Both the position numbers and the translations under genes were made by a program. The notes under the pieces are model-generated. The model was not told where the DNA came from. It searched no databases and saw nothing but the letters and a program-made list of their open reading frames with translations. Below are positions 11,571 to 25,199 of a DNA stretch of 64,000 nt, piece after piece (the first letter of the stretch is position 1; every line of letters starts with the position of its first letter). Source of the DNA: Mustelus asterias (taxonomy: Eukaryota). The stretch covers positions 124,001-188,000 of the forward strand of contig NW_027590302.1 in assembly GCF_964213995.1 (NCBI RefSeq), in the 5' to 3' direction.

Positions 11571-14500
11571 CATACCTTTCATAATTTTATCATTTTCTCT
11601 GCCTTTCTGTCTTTTCTTTTTGTTTCTGAGCTTTTTATCTGTCAGCACCCTGTAGTTCTTTCTCGTTTCAATTTTCCTATCTCTCCCTGTATCTCAATCC
11701 ATCTTCTTGTGACTCTATTTCATAACTGCTGAAAATCATGAAGTTGGGGGAGGGGTAATTAAATTAATACTTCTTTTCAACTGGGAGGGCGGTCTGTCAT
11801 CAATCGGTTCAGATCTTTTTTTTGAACAGGAGGACAGAAGGATATTTATATACTTTTACACAGTGAGTGAACTGGAATGGACAGCCTGAAATGGTGATGG
11901 AATCAGATTTTACCGTGGCTTTGGAAAACAAATTAGGAAAATCCTTGATGGGGTTAAAATTTGAAGGATTATGACAATAGGGCCATTTGAACGGTCCATC
12001 CATATAATTGTGCCAGCATCCTTTCTGGATCTACCTCTGTCCTGAATTGAGACTGAATAAAATGCAATATTTATACAGCTGTCATCTTGTGCTGATTCTG
12101 TCTTTTGACAGAATCTGCGTGTCTGTACATGTCGGTAAATGCCAGGAAACATTCATACATTAATTACTATTCACAAACCATCACTTTGAACAGAATGACA
12201 CTGGATAGAACTTTTTTAGGAAAAGCACAATTACCCTTGACATATGTTGCACAGTTTTGTTTTCCGCTCTGATGACGTTTTGGTATTTAAACTTTTCAGT
12301 CATTATATGTCCTTAGCTGAAAATTTAAACCTTAGTTTCTGCAAGGACCTGACCCCAGTTTGTCTGTGTAAATAGCTGCTCAGAAAGGGAAAGAACAGAT
12401 TGTTTTCTGTTCCTCTGACAAATGCAGCATTGTCCCGCAGATTTCAGAAATCTGCCATGATTGTCTCCTTCAGAATATCAGCTCTTCGTCAGGTGGAGTC
12501 AGTCACTCGTTCCTCTGTAATGATGCTTCCACTCTGTGATTGCTACAGAGATCCCTGTGTCACTCACCATGACACAAAAACCTTGCACTAAGGCCCTAAA
12601 ATTCATTGTTTCCTTATATCAGACTCCAGTCTGACCCCGGGCCCAGCAGTCTCTGTTATTGATACACTGGAGCGGTCATTAAAATTCTAATGCTCTACTT
12701 CTCCATGATTATTTTTGGAAACCATTACCTGATCAATTCTGAATAAAAACCTGTACATCGTTTTGTTATATTTGACTCCCACTAGTTATTTTTCCACAAA
12801 GCACTTTTTCTACAAAGATCACACAAATAACTGTTTATTTTTATGTTATATCTGATCATGACTCTCTTATTCAATATAACCCACAAATTGGCTTATATTA
12901 CTCTAACGCACATTTCATGTTATCATTGCGCTGGTATATCTGTTTATATTCGACCAGATTTATTGTCTTGTATTGCTGCACTATTTCAAATCATTTATGC
13001 GGGCGTCACTGGCATCGGTTGCCCTTCCCTAATTGCCTTTTAGAAGGTGGAGATGAGCTGCCTTCCTGATCCGATGCAGTCCACGTTCACCAGCTCGGGT
13101 CGCTGTGAATATCACACAAGTCGTTATGATACAGGTGGCCCTGTCTTATATTCGATTACCTGGAGAATAATACCTACAGGAAGTTCAATCTACCAAAACG
13201 TTTCATTACCATGGAATTGGTGAATGCAACGGTTAAAAACAATAGAAACATAAATATTGAACCTTCTCTGGAGAGCAGCAAACGTTTCAGTCCTTTGCAT
13301 CAATAGCAATACGAAGTCTGAGAACTACAGGTGCATTTATCTCCTTTCAGGGAAAGGTCCAGGTTCATTTTTGGAATCATTTGCACAAGTCAGCAAACAT
13401 CAGAGGTTTATATCAGCAGCGTCTGTGACATGCTGAGATGGTGATTTTCCATTAATCTGCTCATCATTCGCGATGGATTTCAGTTCATTTTCCATCTGAT
13501 CTCGAAAGCGAGATAATCCGACACGTACACAAAAAGTTACTGTAGAAACAAGAGTATACAACAGAAAGCTAATCAATTAATTATTACAGTATTAAATAAT
13601 CTTCAATTAAAATACATGGACTGTTTGTGATTTTCATACATTCACGGAAGCTGGAGATGTATGAAACTGATGATTGAGACAATTAAAGGGAAATTGTAAA
13701 GAGAAAGTGAATTTTCTCCAAAGAGGGTTATTAGGAAATAGACTATTTGAAATAATAAGCACTCAAATACCAAAGAGAAGAGCCGATGTGATATTTCATC
13801 GACGTCGTCTATTTTAACATAAATAAGGACAGACTTTTGTGCAGTAATACAGAGGCAGGGCACAGTGCACTAATTATGGATACAGTATATGGATACAGGC
13901 GGATACTGGGTCCAGTTTAGTATTTATTGAAACAGGATCTAGTATATTAATAATCAGCGTGGTTTTCTGTAATACAAATAGAGTGGTGCAATTATGGAAA
14001 CGACCAGATCTATTCTAATATAAACAAGGACAAATTCTGCAATAATAAAATCTGAAAAAGGTTTTATTATAATGTAGGCTAAAATAGACACTACTGGAAT
14101 ATAAACAACGACATGATATAATGTGAAATGAATTGAGAGGTGGCTCAGTGGAAGAAAAAGTGGGGCAGTACTGAATAAAGTAAAATTGAGACTGTATCTT
14201 GCAGGAAATGAACAGGGGTTTGGTCTGGCGCATTAATAACAAAAGAGGATCGAACATAATTAGGCTGACCCAGGGCCTCGTGTAGTTTTATCTGATTCCT
14301 GACATTGGATAATAGAAACTGAGACAAAGCCTGGCACAGTAATTAATGGCAAAGACCTTCCATTAATATAAGCTTTGACAGGGACAAGTGCAGCAATAAA
14401 GAAACATGACATAACACAATACGAACAGTGACGGGATGTTGTTGGTTATAAACAGGAAGCTGGGCTGGTGCAGCAGTGACTGAGATGTCGTGTATACGTG

Positions 14501-14887
14501 GCAGGTTCCAGAGCCTTGCGAAATGCAAACAGTAACACCTTCTGGTACAGAATCAGGACAGACAGGTTCTCGTCAAGTAAAAATTCAGAAATGGAGTATT
14601 ATGACATTAGCCAAGATTTAATTCAATGCTGCTGTATATCAGTTAAATTCTGAATAACCATAATAACAATTGGGAATTTGCCGAGTACAGAAATAACTGA
14701 ATTATTGTCATACATTCAGAAATGTGATTTCGTGGCGTATAAACAGAGGCTGGGTGCATTTCAAGATGAGCAGAGACCGAGACCTTTGCAGTAATAATTG
14801 AGACAAACTCCGTTACCTGTAATGCCAAAAATCGAGGTTTCATAGCCATCTATTGGACACACTTTGCTATTGCAGATGTGGTGAAAA

Positions 14888-15170
14888 TCATAGAATCCCA
14901 TCGGATCCCGACAGTGCAGAAGGAGGCCATTCGGCCCATCGAATCTGCAACGACTACAATCCCACTCAGACCCCTGACACACGGGTCAACATTGCATGGT
15001 TAATCAACCCAACCAGCACATCTTTGGACTGTGGGAAGAAACCGGAGCACCAGGAGGAAACCCACGCAGACACGGGGAGAACGTGTAAACTCCACACAGA
15101 CAGTGATCCGAGGCCGGAATTGAACCCGGGGCCCTGGCGCTGTGAGGGCCCACCAGTGTACCACCATGGC
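14888..15170 (-). mobile_element. tRNA-derived shark SINE
   Basis: Reverse complement of the same SINE core (AACCGGAGCACCAGGAGGAAACCCACGCAGACACGGGGAGAAC). Confidence 0.85.
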
Positions 15171-15199
15171 AATTTTACTTGCCGTTTCTTTTATGATTT

Positions 15200-15897
15200 G
15201 ATCTGATTTATTATTGTTACCTGTATTAGTATACAGTGAAAAGTATTCTTTCGTGCGTGCTACACAGACAAAGCATACTGTTCATCTATGAAGTAGGGGA
15301 CAGAGTTCAGAATGTATGGTTACAGTCAAAGCGAGGTTGTGCAGAAACATCAACTTAATGCGAGGTAGGTCCATTCAAAGGTCTGATGGCACCAGGGAAG
15401 AAGCTTTTCTTGAGTCGGTTGGTACTTGTCCTCAGACTTTTGGATCATTTTCCCGACGGAAGAAGGTGGAAAAGATTATGTCCGGGGTGCGTGGGATCCT
15501 TAATTATGCTGGCTACTTTTCCAAGACAGCGGGAAGTGTACACAGTATCAATGGGTGGGAGACTGGTCTAAATGATGGACTGGGCTTCTTTCACGACGCC
15601 TTGTAGTTTTGTACGTTCTTGGCACAGAACAGGAGTCACACCAAGCTGTGATACAACCAGAAATAATGCTTTCTGTGGTGCATCTGTAAGCTTTGGTGAG
15701 ATTCGCAGCGGACACGTCAGATTTCCTTCGTCCCCTGAAAAAGTAGAGGCGTTGGTGAGCGTCGGCATGGAGGGACCCGGACAGTTTGCTGGTGATCGGG
15801 GCACCTAGGAATTTGAAGCCCTCGACCATTTCCACTTGTTCTTCCACTACACTTCCTGAAACTGATGACTATCTCCTTCGTTTTGTTGACATTGAGG
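15200..15897 (-). mobile_element. Rex1/Babar-like LINE 3' remnant
   Basis: HQRLYFFRGRRK..YRCTTESIISGCITAW peptide characteristic of the Rex1/Babar ORF C-terminus. Confidence 0.65.
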
Positions 15898-17730
15898 GAG
15901 AGAAAACGAGGGAGAATGTAAGTCCACTCAAGGATAAAGGAGGGAACATGATCTTGGAGGAAGAGTATTTGAGCGAGATCCTAAAGGAGTACTTTCCATC
16001 TGTGTTCACGAAGGAGAATGATATGCAGGATTTTTGGAGTAGCGTGGAGCATGCTAATGTGTTAGGGCTTTTCGAGATCCAGAAAGAAGTCGTGTTGGGT
16101 CGTTTGACGAGCACTAAGGTGTATACATCCCCAGGGCATGATGGGATCTACACCAACTTACTGTAAGAGGTAGGAAAGGAGATTGCTGGGGCCTTGACAA
16201 AGATCTTTGTACCACCACTACCACTGGAGAAGTCCCAGAGCGAGTAGTTAATGTTGTTCTTCTGTTCAAGAAAAAGAAATCCAGGAAATTGTAGACGGGT
16301 AATTCTCACATCGGTGTTTTGGAAGTCATTGGAGAGGATTCTTCGTGATAGGATATATGAACATTTGGAAAAGCATGGTCCAATGAGGGAAAGTCAGAGG
16401 GGCAGGTTAAGTTAACTAATTTGATTGATTTTTCCGAGGAGTTCACCAAGATGATCGATGAGAGTAGAGCAATGGCGTCATCAAAGTTCCAAACAACTCC
16501 ATCAGGACTTCCCTGCTTTTGTAATCTATGTCACGATTGATAAAGGCAAGTGTCTCATGTGCCTTTTTCACCATCTTACTAACATGCCCTTCCGCTTTCA
16601 GAGATCTGTAGACAAACATGCAAAGGACACTTTGTTCCACAGAACTTCTAACTGCCCTATCATTCATTGATTATTTTCTTGTCAAATTACTCCTTTCAAA
16701 GTGTATCAACTTACACTTTTCAGGGTTCTGTTCCATCTGCCACTTACTGCTCATTTGACCATTCATTCTCTTCTTGTAGCCCATGACACTCCCTTTCACT
16801 GTTAACCACCAGTCCAATCTTTGTGTCATCCGCAAGCTTACTAATCCTCGCGCCCAGATATTTATCAATTTCATTTATATCAATGACAAATAATAGGGGG
16901 CCCAACACATCCTGTGGTACAGCACTGGACACAGGCTTCAGTCACTAAAGCAGCCTTCTGTCATCACCCTCCGTCTCCTAAAACTCAGCCAATTCAATCC
17001 ACTTAATCAAATTATCCTATATCCCATGTGAATTTGCATTCTTTTCCAAGTCTCTCATGTGGGACTTGCCAAAAAGTTTGTGGAAATCCATATAAACTAC
17101 ATCGACTGTGCTATCCTCAACTACGCATCTGGCCACCTCCTCAAAAAAATCAATCTCATTTGTTAGGCATGACCTCCCTCTGACGAAGCCAAGCAGACTA
17201 TCCCTGATCAAGCTTTGTTTCTCCAACTGGAGAAAGGTGATCTAATTCAGACGTTTCTCTAATAGGCTCCCCACCACTGACGTGAGGTTCACTGGTCTGT
17301 AGTTCTCTCTACAACCCTTCTTAAATAATGGAATTATATTAACTGTTCTCCAAACGTCTGGCACCTCTCCCGTCGGCAGAGAAGAATTCAAAATTTGTGT
17401 CAGAGCCCCTGCAATCTCTCCCTTTGCCTCCCACAACAGCTGGACCTGGAGATTTATTTACTTCCAAGGCTGCCAACATCTCAAATAGTTTGTCCTTCCC
17501 GATGTCAATTTAGTCAAGAACCTCATAGTCCCTCACCCTGCATTCCACATCTTTGCCTTCATTCTCTTGGGTGAAGACTGATGCGAAGTATTCATTCAAC
17601 ACTCTACCAATATCCTCTGGCTTCACCCCTTCGCCCCTAGTGGGCCCTATTCTGTCCCTGGTTTTCCTCTTCCCATTGATATACTTATAGAATATCTTGG
17701 GATTTCCCCTACAGAGCTTGCTCATATCCC
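15898..17730. mobile_element. Two decayed CR1 LINE fragments in opposite orientation (15898-16480 +, 16490-17730 -)
   Basis: SPGHDGIY, GFVRGRSCLTN, VDVVYMDF, LGPLLFVIDIN, KLADDTKIG CR1 RT motifs with frameshifts. Confidence 0.85.
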
Positions 17731-18139
17731 CTCATTGCATTTGATCCATGTTGCTATAATTCAGCCTTTGATTTCCTTTTCATGCCTTCCCCTGTCTCCT
17801 TGTTCTTTATCAATCCCTGTCTCCACATGTCACCCAGAATGTCCGGCATTTACTTGCCCTGGTCTTTTGTTTAAACTTTTCACACTATTGATACTTCTTT
17901 GAACTATTCCATCCTCTCTGCCATAGATTATCCCCAATTTTCTCTGAGATTGGTAATGCAGATTTCGTTCGATACGGAATAATTCACGAAGCCTGAGCCG
18001 CCTGCTTTGACCTTGCTTCCCACCAGTATTAAATTAACGTGAAACGACGGCAGTTCCAAGAGAAAAGGAGAGTTATATAACGTTCGGTAGGAACATTGTT
18101 ATTGTTTTCAGTTCCTTATTCAGCGATTCCATGCGTGAG

Positions 18140-18892
18140 ATAAAAACGGAATATTCTGGAAAATCTCAGCAGGTATGACAGTATCTGTGGAGAGGGAATT
18201 GTGCCAACGTTTTGAGTCAGGATGATACTTCGTCAGAGTTGAAGAAATGGAAAATCAGACAATATCTCTACTGTGAAGGTGAGGGGTATGGGTGTGCGTT
18301 GGGCGGGGGCGGGGCGGGGGGTGGGTTGGGTCGGTGCTAAAATTGATAGGAATGGAATGATCAAAAAGAAAAATGGAATGTAAATGGTGATGATAAAGGC
18401 CGAGCATGGTGATAAAAGCGTCCATTAATCGGAATGTGCAAATGGCAGAACAAAGGTGCAGGGTGTAGGAATGCGGTAGCGTGCCCGAGCTGAGAAGGCA
18501 TCGGGGAGAGCGAAAAGGTGAGATTTTCGAAATGGAAAAATAGAAATAAGAATGCAAAATAATAAAAATGGATGAACACGAGGAAACGAAGTAATGAAGT
18601 AAAAGAAATAGAAATGGGGCGAAGGTGAAATAAAGAGTTCACGTTCTGAAATTTTTGAACTCACAGCTTAGTCCAGAAAGCTGTAAAGTCGGAAGATGAA
18701 TTGCTATTCCACCATTCTACGTTAAGGTTCACAGGAACATTGGAAAAGGCCCAGATCGGACATGCTGGCAGGACAACAGGGTGTTGTGTTCAAATGGTAG
18801 GCATCATGAAGCTCTGGGTCCTGATTGCAGAAGGACCGAAGGTGTTTCGCAAACTGGTAGCCCAGTTTCCATTTGGTCTCTCCGATGTATAT
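18140..18892 (-). mobile_element. Penelope-like element remnant (GIY-YIG endonuclease end)
   Basis: IYIGETKWKLGYQFAKHLRS..HLNTTPC peptide and the terminal sequence shared with 47640-47770. Confidence 0.7.
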
Positions 18893-19554
18893 TCTCCCCG
18901 TGTATGCCTGGGTTTCCTCCCGGTACTCTGGTTTCCTTCCACATTCCAAAGATGTGCAGGTTAGATTGATTTTCCATGGTAAATGTAGTGTTATGGGGAT
19001 AGGGTGGATGAACTGGCCTGGGTGAAATAATCTATCAGAGAATCGGTAGCATCCTTCTCAATTGTTGGACGCTATCATTCTAAATAAGTTGTTTAATTTA
19101 AGAAAATACAATTTCATTTCTACTAACTTAGAACTTGAACCCCAATTCATTTACCGTTTTCCACAAGACTGGTTCTCATCGACCCAGAATCATTTTGCGT
19201 TCACTTGTGCAGTATCCTGGGTATTGCAGTTGGTGCACTGCAGAGGGAGATTTAGTCTGTAGCTCTTCCCTGCTGCAAATGCCCTCGAATTATTTGCTTC
19301 CAAGGTGCTGATGGAACTTCATTTTGTGTAAACCCATCTGTGATTTTAACTTCTGAAAAAGAGTGCTTGAGCGGTATAAGGAAAGATTTATTTTGTATCA
19401 TACATATGCTCGGCCTATCCTGACATTGTTTAATTAAAAAAGGGGACAAGGAGAAATTATTGGTGACCAATGTTTCTTGTTAATTTTTTTGAATGGCGAC
19501 CAACAGGCACGCACAGACACACGCACACTCACACACACACGAATACGCACATAC

Positions 19555-20895
19555 AAAGAACAAACCAAGAACAAAGAACAGTACAGCAGAGGAAATAGGC
19601 CCTTCGGCCCTCCAAGCCTGTGCCTCTCCTTGGTCCAACAAGACCAATCGTTTGTATTCCTCCATTCCCAGGCTGCTCATGTGACTATCCAGGTAAGTCT
19701 TAAACGATGTCAGCGTGCCTGCCTCCACCACCCTACTTGGCAGCGCATTCCAGGCCCCCACCACCCTCTGTGTAAAAAACGTCCCTCTGATATCCGAGTT
19801 ATACTTCGCCCCTCTCACCTTGAGCCCGTGACCCCTCGTGAACGTCACTTCTGATCTGGGAAAAAGCTTCCCACCGTTCACCCTATCTATAACCTTCATA
19901 ATCTTGTACACCTCTATTAGATCTCCCCTCATTCTCCGTCTTTCCAGGGAGAACAACCCCAGTTTACCCAATCTCTCCTCATAGCTAAGACCCTCCATAC
20001 CAGGCAACATCCTGGTAAACCTTCTCTGCACTCTCTCTAACGCCTCCACGTCCTTCTGGTAGTGCAGCGACCAGAACTGGATGCAGTACGCCAAATGTGG
20101 CCTAACCAGCGTTCTATACAGCTGCATCATCAGACTCCAGCTTTTATACTCTACACCCCGTCCTATAAAGGCAAGCATACCATATGCCTTCTTCACCACC
20201 CTCTCCACCTGTGTTGCCACCTTCATGGATTTGTGGACTTGCACACCTAGGTCCCTCGGTGTTTCTATACTCCTGATGACTCTGCCATTTAATGTATAAC
20301 TCCTCCCTACATTATTTCTTCCAAAATGCATCACTTCGCATTTATCCGGATTAAACTCCATCTGCCACCTCTCCGCCCAATTTTCCAGCCTATCTATATC
20401 CTGTTGTATTGCCCGACAATGCTCTTTGCTATCCGCAAGTCCAGCCATCTTCGTGTCATCCGCAAACTTGCTGATTACATCAGTTACACCTTCTTCCAAA
20501 TCATTTATATATATCACAAACAGCAGAGGTCCCAGTACAGAACCCTGCGGAACACCACTGGTCACAGACCTCCAGCCGGAAAAAGACCCTTCGACCACTA
20601 CTCTCTGTCTCCTATGGCCAAGCCAGTTCTCCACTCATCTAGCCACTTCTCCTTGTATCCCATGAGCCTTAACCTTCTTAACCAACCTGCCATGAGGGAC
20701 TTTGTCAAATGCCTTACTGAAATCCATATAGACGACATCCACAGCCCTTCCTTCATCAACCGTTTTTGTCACTTCCGCAAAAAACTCCACCAAATTTGTG
20801 CCTAATCCGGCTATAGTTAGCCTTCCCCCAATTTAGCCCCCTGCCCGTAGGACAGCACTCATCCTTGTCCATTACTATCCTAAAGTTAACAGAGT
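19555..20895 (-). mobile_element. Young truncated CR1 LINE inserted into a CA-rich microsatellite
   Basis: Open RT ORF (VPQGSVLGPLLF, KFADDTK, RPHLAYC); internal deletion junction near 20800; CA-rich sequence on both flanks. Confidence 0.93.
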
Positions 20896-21745
20896 TACAT
20901 ACATACACACGCACACACACACACACAGACACACACACACAGAGTTACATACATACACAGGCAGACGCACATACGCTCACACACACACATGAATACGCAC
21001 ACATACACACACGCCCACACACAAACATACATGAACACACACACAACTGATTTAGAGTCATAGAGTCGCTACAATGCAGAAGGAGGCCATCAGCCCATCG
21101 AATTTGCACCGACGCGCTGACAGAGTTCGTTACCCAGGCAATTTCCCCCAGCTATCCCCGTAACACTGCATTCACCATGGTTAATTAACCTAACCTGCAC
21201 ATCTTTGGACTGTAGGAGAAAACCTTAGTACCTAGAGGAAACCCAAGCAGATACGGGGAGAACATACATTAAGGAGACCAAATGGAGACTGAGAGACCAG
21301 TTTGCACAACATGTTCAGTCCTTCGGCAATCAGGACTAAGAACTTTCTGTCACTTGCAGACACAGACACGAAAACCTACGCACGCGCACACACGCACACA
21401 CACACACACACGCACACACACACAAACAGCCACACACACACAAACACATATACATAGACACGCACCTACACAAACATACACACATATGCACACACAGACA
21501 CAGGCACACTCAGAGACAGAGGCAGACACACGCACACACACATAAACGCACACAGATGCAAACAGACAAAGCAAACACACTCAGAAAAAGACAGAACCAC
21601 TTGCACTCACACACACTGAGACTAACAGATGCATACATATACAGAGATGCGTACGCACACAGGCAAACAAAGATGCATACACACAGAGAGACACACACAC
21701 ACACGTGCACATAGACACACACGTACACACACACGTGTGCGCATA
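20896..21745. repeat. Imperfect (CA)n-rich microsatellite region interrupted by a decayed SINE (~21055-21265)
   Basis: Long CA/CACG/CAGA runs. Confidence 0.9.
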
Positions 21746-21819
21746 GACATTGCAAATTATTCACCAGCCTTCACTAACGAAAATACTCGATTTTGATTTG
21801 TGCCCATCCTTGATTATTA

Positions 21820-22070
21820 GGTGTGAGTTCAGAGACAGTGTGAGTCTATGCCCATGTGAAATATTGAATGTAGAGGGTGCGGGTGTGAGTCTAGAGACAG
21901 TATGAGTCGATGACGTAAGTATGAAATATTGAATGTGGTGCATGCGGTGCAAGCTCAGAGACAATATGACTCTATGGCCGTGTGAAATATGGAATGTGGG
22001 GTCCAGTGTGAGCTCAGAGACAATCTGACTATGTCAGTGTGAAATATTGAATGTGGAGAGTCCGTTGTGA
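21820..22070 (+). repeat. ~60-bp minisatellite, ~4 diverged copies
   Basis: Recurring GTGTGAG(C/T)TCAGAGACA..TGA..CTATG..TGTGAAATATTGAATGT units. Confidence 0.85.
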
Positions 22071-22534
22071 GCTTGGATGCCACGGATATTTACACCTCCC
22101 TTAGCTCCCCCCCCCCCCCAACCGCCCTGCCCACCCCCACTTCCTTAATTCGAATTCTGCGGGATTAAGTAGATGTCACACTTCTCTCACGGCATCTGAA
22201 TGGCCTCACATCCTCTACAGAAGCTCCAGCCCCTCCCCACTCTCCCTGTAATCCCAGTTCCTATAGGGTGAGTGGGTAAGGATTTCTATCCAATGAGCGT
22301 GCAATGGTGAATTCATGAATAGTTGCACCAGCAAGTTGTCGAGCGGAGCTTTCAGGGACTGTTTTCTTTTGAACTTGTGTGAAGGAGCAGGGTGTTGGAC
22401 AGTTGGATTGGCCAACGAGAGAGGAGGAATTGCAAGGGTTTCTGTTTTGAACTCATGTCAATGCCCCATACCAGTACCCCTGCATATTTTAAAAAATGGT
22501 ATACTTTTGAAAACTCTCAGTATTTCAGTTGGTC

Positions 22535-23436
22535 TCATTTTTGAATGAATTGGACAATTACAATGAAGGGGTTTTTCACCACATTCTTCAACTGCTCTCT
22601 GAACTTAGTTTGGGTGACGGCATAAATCCCAGTGTTTGTGCAGCAACTCAGGAGCTGCGTCATGAAGCTCAATTCCAGAACGTAAAAATCTAAGTGCATA
22701 GACGGAAATCCTAAACCATGCATCCGTCTCCATATGGAAAATATCATTAATGTTGACCATAAAAGAACGAAATTGACCGAAATAACCAACACTAAAATTA
22801 TGGATTTCCTTCGACTCTCCATCTCTGGATCTTTGTAATTTTCCTCACTTCTGTGAGACCGCAGTCTGCTGCGGGCCCTGCTCATCACCAAAATGTGTCT
22901 GATTGTGAAAACATTCAGGAGCAGAATTAGGACAAATGGAACACATGGCGTTAGAATGTTGTGCATGAATTCGATTGTTACCCCGAATGAAGAGAACAGA
23001 ATATCTCTTCTGTAAGCACAAAACCAGGGGTCGTTTAACAACGTATAACTACCTAATAACATGAAGCACCAGAAAATGTTCTTTAGACAGCTCAGAGCTG
23101 ACACTGTTCCCAGAACCACAGCCGCCGTTTTCTCGCTGCAATATTTACTTTTCAGCTTCTGGCAACAAATGGCCACAAATCGATCAACGGTGAAAGTGAC
23201 GGTGAACCAGACTGAACAGTCAGTAGCTGTATAAAGCAGAACAGCATGAAAATTGCACACGGGAATAGAATACAGGAAATAAAACGATTTCTCATAAACT
23301 ACTGGAATTTGTCTCAATATCAGGTCAAGGATAAGGACTAGTAGATCAGCCACTGACATCGCCACCAGATAACAAGCAACACATTTGGAGAGACCACATT
23401 TTTTGCACGTCAGAATGAAAATCGTGATTAAGTTCG
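22535..23436 (-). CDS. GPR139-like class A GPCR, main coding exon; first exon not found
   Basis: 902-nt open exon after CCTCCTTACAG acceptor; CGLSKC..YLVAM, TFTVDRFVAICCQKLK, DPEMESRRKSI, QLLSCCTNTGIYAVTQTKFREQLK motifs shared with the other two receptors. Confidence 0.85.
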
Positions 23437-24429
23437 CTGTAAGGAGGAACATAAACACTAAAATTATACATCAGGCCATTTGAGTAGAATAAATAATGAG
23501 ATGTGCTACTGCATCCTGTGATGTACTGAAATAAATAGACCAGAAAGGAGAAACAGGAAGGTCTGGGAGAAGCAGATGTGAAAAAAAAAACAAAATGTGA
23601 GAAGAGAGGGGAGGCAAGAATGATGTGGCATGCAAAGGTGGTGGAGAGAACCAGAAGTAAAGGATTAGCCAATGGGTAACTAGAGGAGCAAGAGGTGGCG
23701 TTCTGTTATGGGCAGAGGACAGATGTGCGATAATTCAATGGAGTTTGAAGCGAAGAGCATGGAAGACATTAATAACTAAAGAGGCAAATTTGAAATCAGG
23801 TGCAGGGACAGATAGGCAGATGATGCGCTGGCTTTGCGTATCAAACCCGTACAACACGAGTTGGATTAATTCTCCAGTTTTGAAACCTACAAGCTCATAC
23901 TCACATAAGTCCGACCATATGTTCATCTGGGAGAAACGGGGACGAGATAAGGGTGAATGTCCAACTCTGTGTTGGGTGTGGGCTCGAGTTCAAACTCTGA
24001 AGAGCTCGGGTATGATCTTACCTGCCCTCTGCACATTAGAACGGCATTCAAGGCGCTATTTTACATTGTTGAATACGACCCTAAGTAACCACTAGATGAG
24101 AATTCTGATCTATCAACTGTAAATGCTTACGGGCATGCTGCTGAGCGACAAAGAATTGATGTGCTGTGGGAGTTGGTTCATTAAGAACATTTCCCCTGCT
24201 TTGCACAGCAGCTATTATTCTGTCCACACTTCAGCTCCAATGCCACTCTAACATCTGTGCACCATGCTGCAACAATCATTAACTGTGCCCTGCTCAGATT
24301 CCAGTTCCTGTTTCATTTTTGACTTTAATCTTGATTTAAACTTATCTTTTCTCTCCCAAGTTCAAAAGCTAACTATTGTTCAGTTGTTCGGCTTGTTGTC
24401 CTGCCCATCACTCAGTTTTCCACTTCTTT

Positions 24430-24720
24430 GCTTCTGACAGAGCTGAGAGAATAATCTGTGAATGGGAATCGATATGTCATATGCACTGTTTGGAAAATTT
24501 CCACATCCAGAGAATTTGACGGAAACTGTGAACTTAGTTGCCATGGACAACACTGTTTTACGCTGACATAAGGCTCCACATCTTGTTCAAGGAGGCAGAA
24601 CAGATCAATGGCCATGGACTTGTTGAATCAGCAACGCTTGGTGTTCTGGTCCTTGGTAATGTGGAGATTGGTAAAAGCTGGGGTTGGTTTCCTCTCCATC
24701 TCCCGTTTTCCAGAGCTTCT
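24430..24720 (-). mobile_element. Decayed Harbinger/PIF transposase fragment
   Basis: Minus-strand peptides IDLFCLLEQDVEP and RKTVLSMATKFTVSVKFSGCGNFPNSAYDI resemble the HARBI1-type N-terminal region; stops and frameshifts. Confidence 0.45.
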
Positions 24721-25199
24721 CCTCTCCGTAGCGCTTGCTCCGTTTGTTGGTCATGTTGGATACTGAGATGCACTGAATCTGCATTTCTGATATGTTTCCG
24801 AGCACTGAGTCAAAATATCCTCTAACAGGAATGCATGTATGCAACAGCTCACAACGCAACCTCCAGAAACCCATCCACAGCAGCGTCATTAACTTTCTCG
24901 CAACATAACAGGATCCAGAAGCAAAAGGATAAGTAACCGTTTGCTGGAATATGGGAAATGGAAAGGGCAATCGGGATTATTTGCTGGGATGGAGCCATAG
25001 AAGAATTTAACTACAAGCTTGAAAATATTAAAAATGAATTTCTGCCGAATGGAAACCATTGTAGGAGAGCAGAGGAACAATGGTGAGCACAAATTGTGTG
25101 TTAAGATGCAGACAGTTTTTGTTGACCTGTCGTTCATGAATATGTGGAACTGGAGTAATATGGCTAGGATAACATTAAAATTGTGCAAAACAGGTTGAT

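Noticed and set aside
12230-12320. ITLDICC..FWYLN as the 5' half of a V for the 12544 RSS
   Set aside because: Trp-to-second-Cys distance is ~78 codons, too long, with intervening stops.
19480-20634. 384-aa ORF as a host gene
   Set aside because: CR1 reverse transcriptase reading through its 3' UTR into a microsatellite.
20865-21764. His/Thr- and Cys/Val-rich ORFs
   Set aside because: Artefacts of (CA)n repeats.
21820-22070. CRISPR-like array
   Set aside because: Vertebrate minisatellite with no unique spacers and no cas genes.
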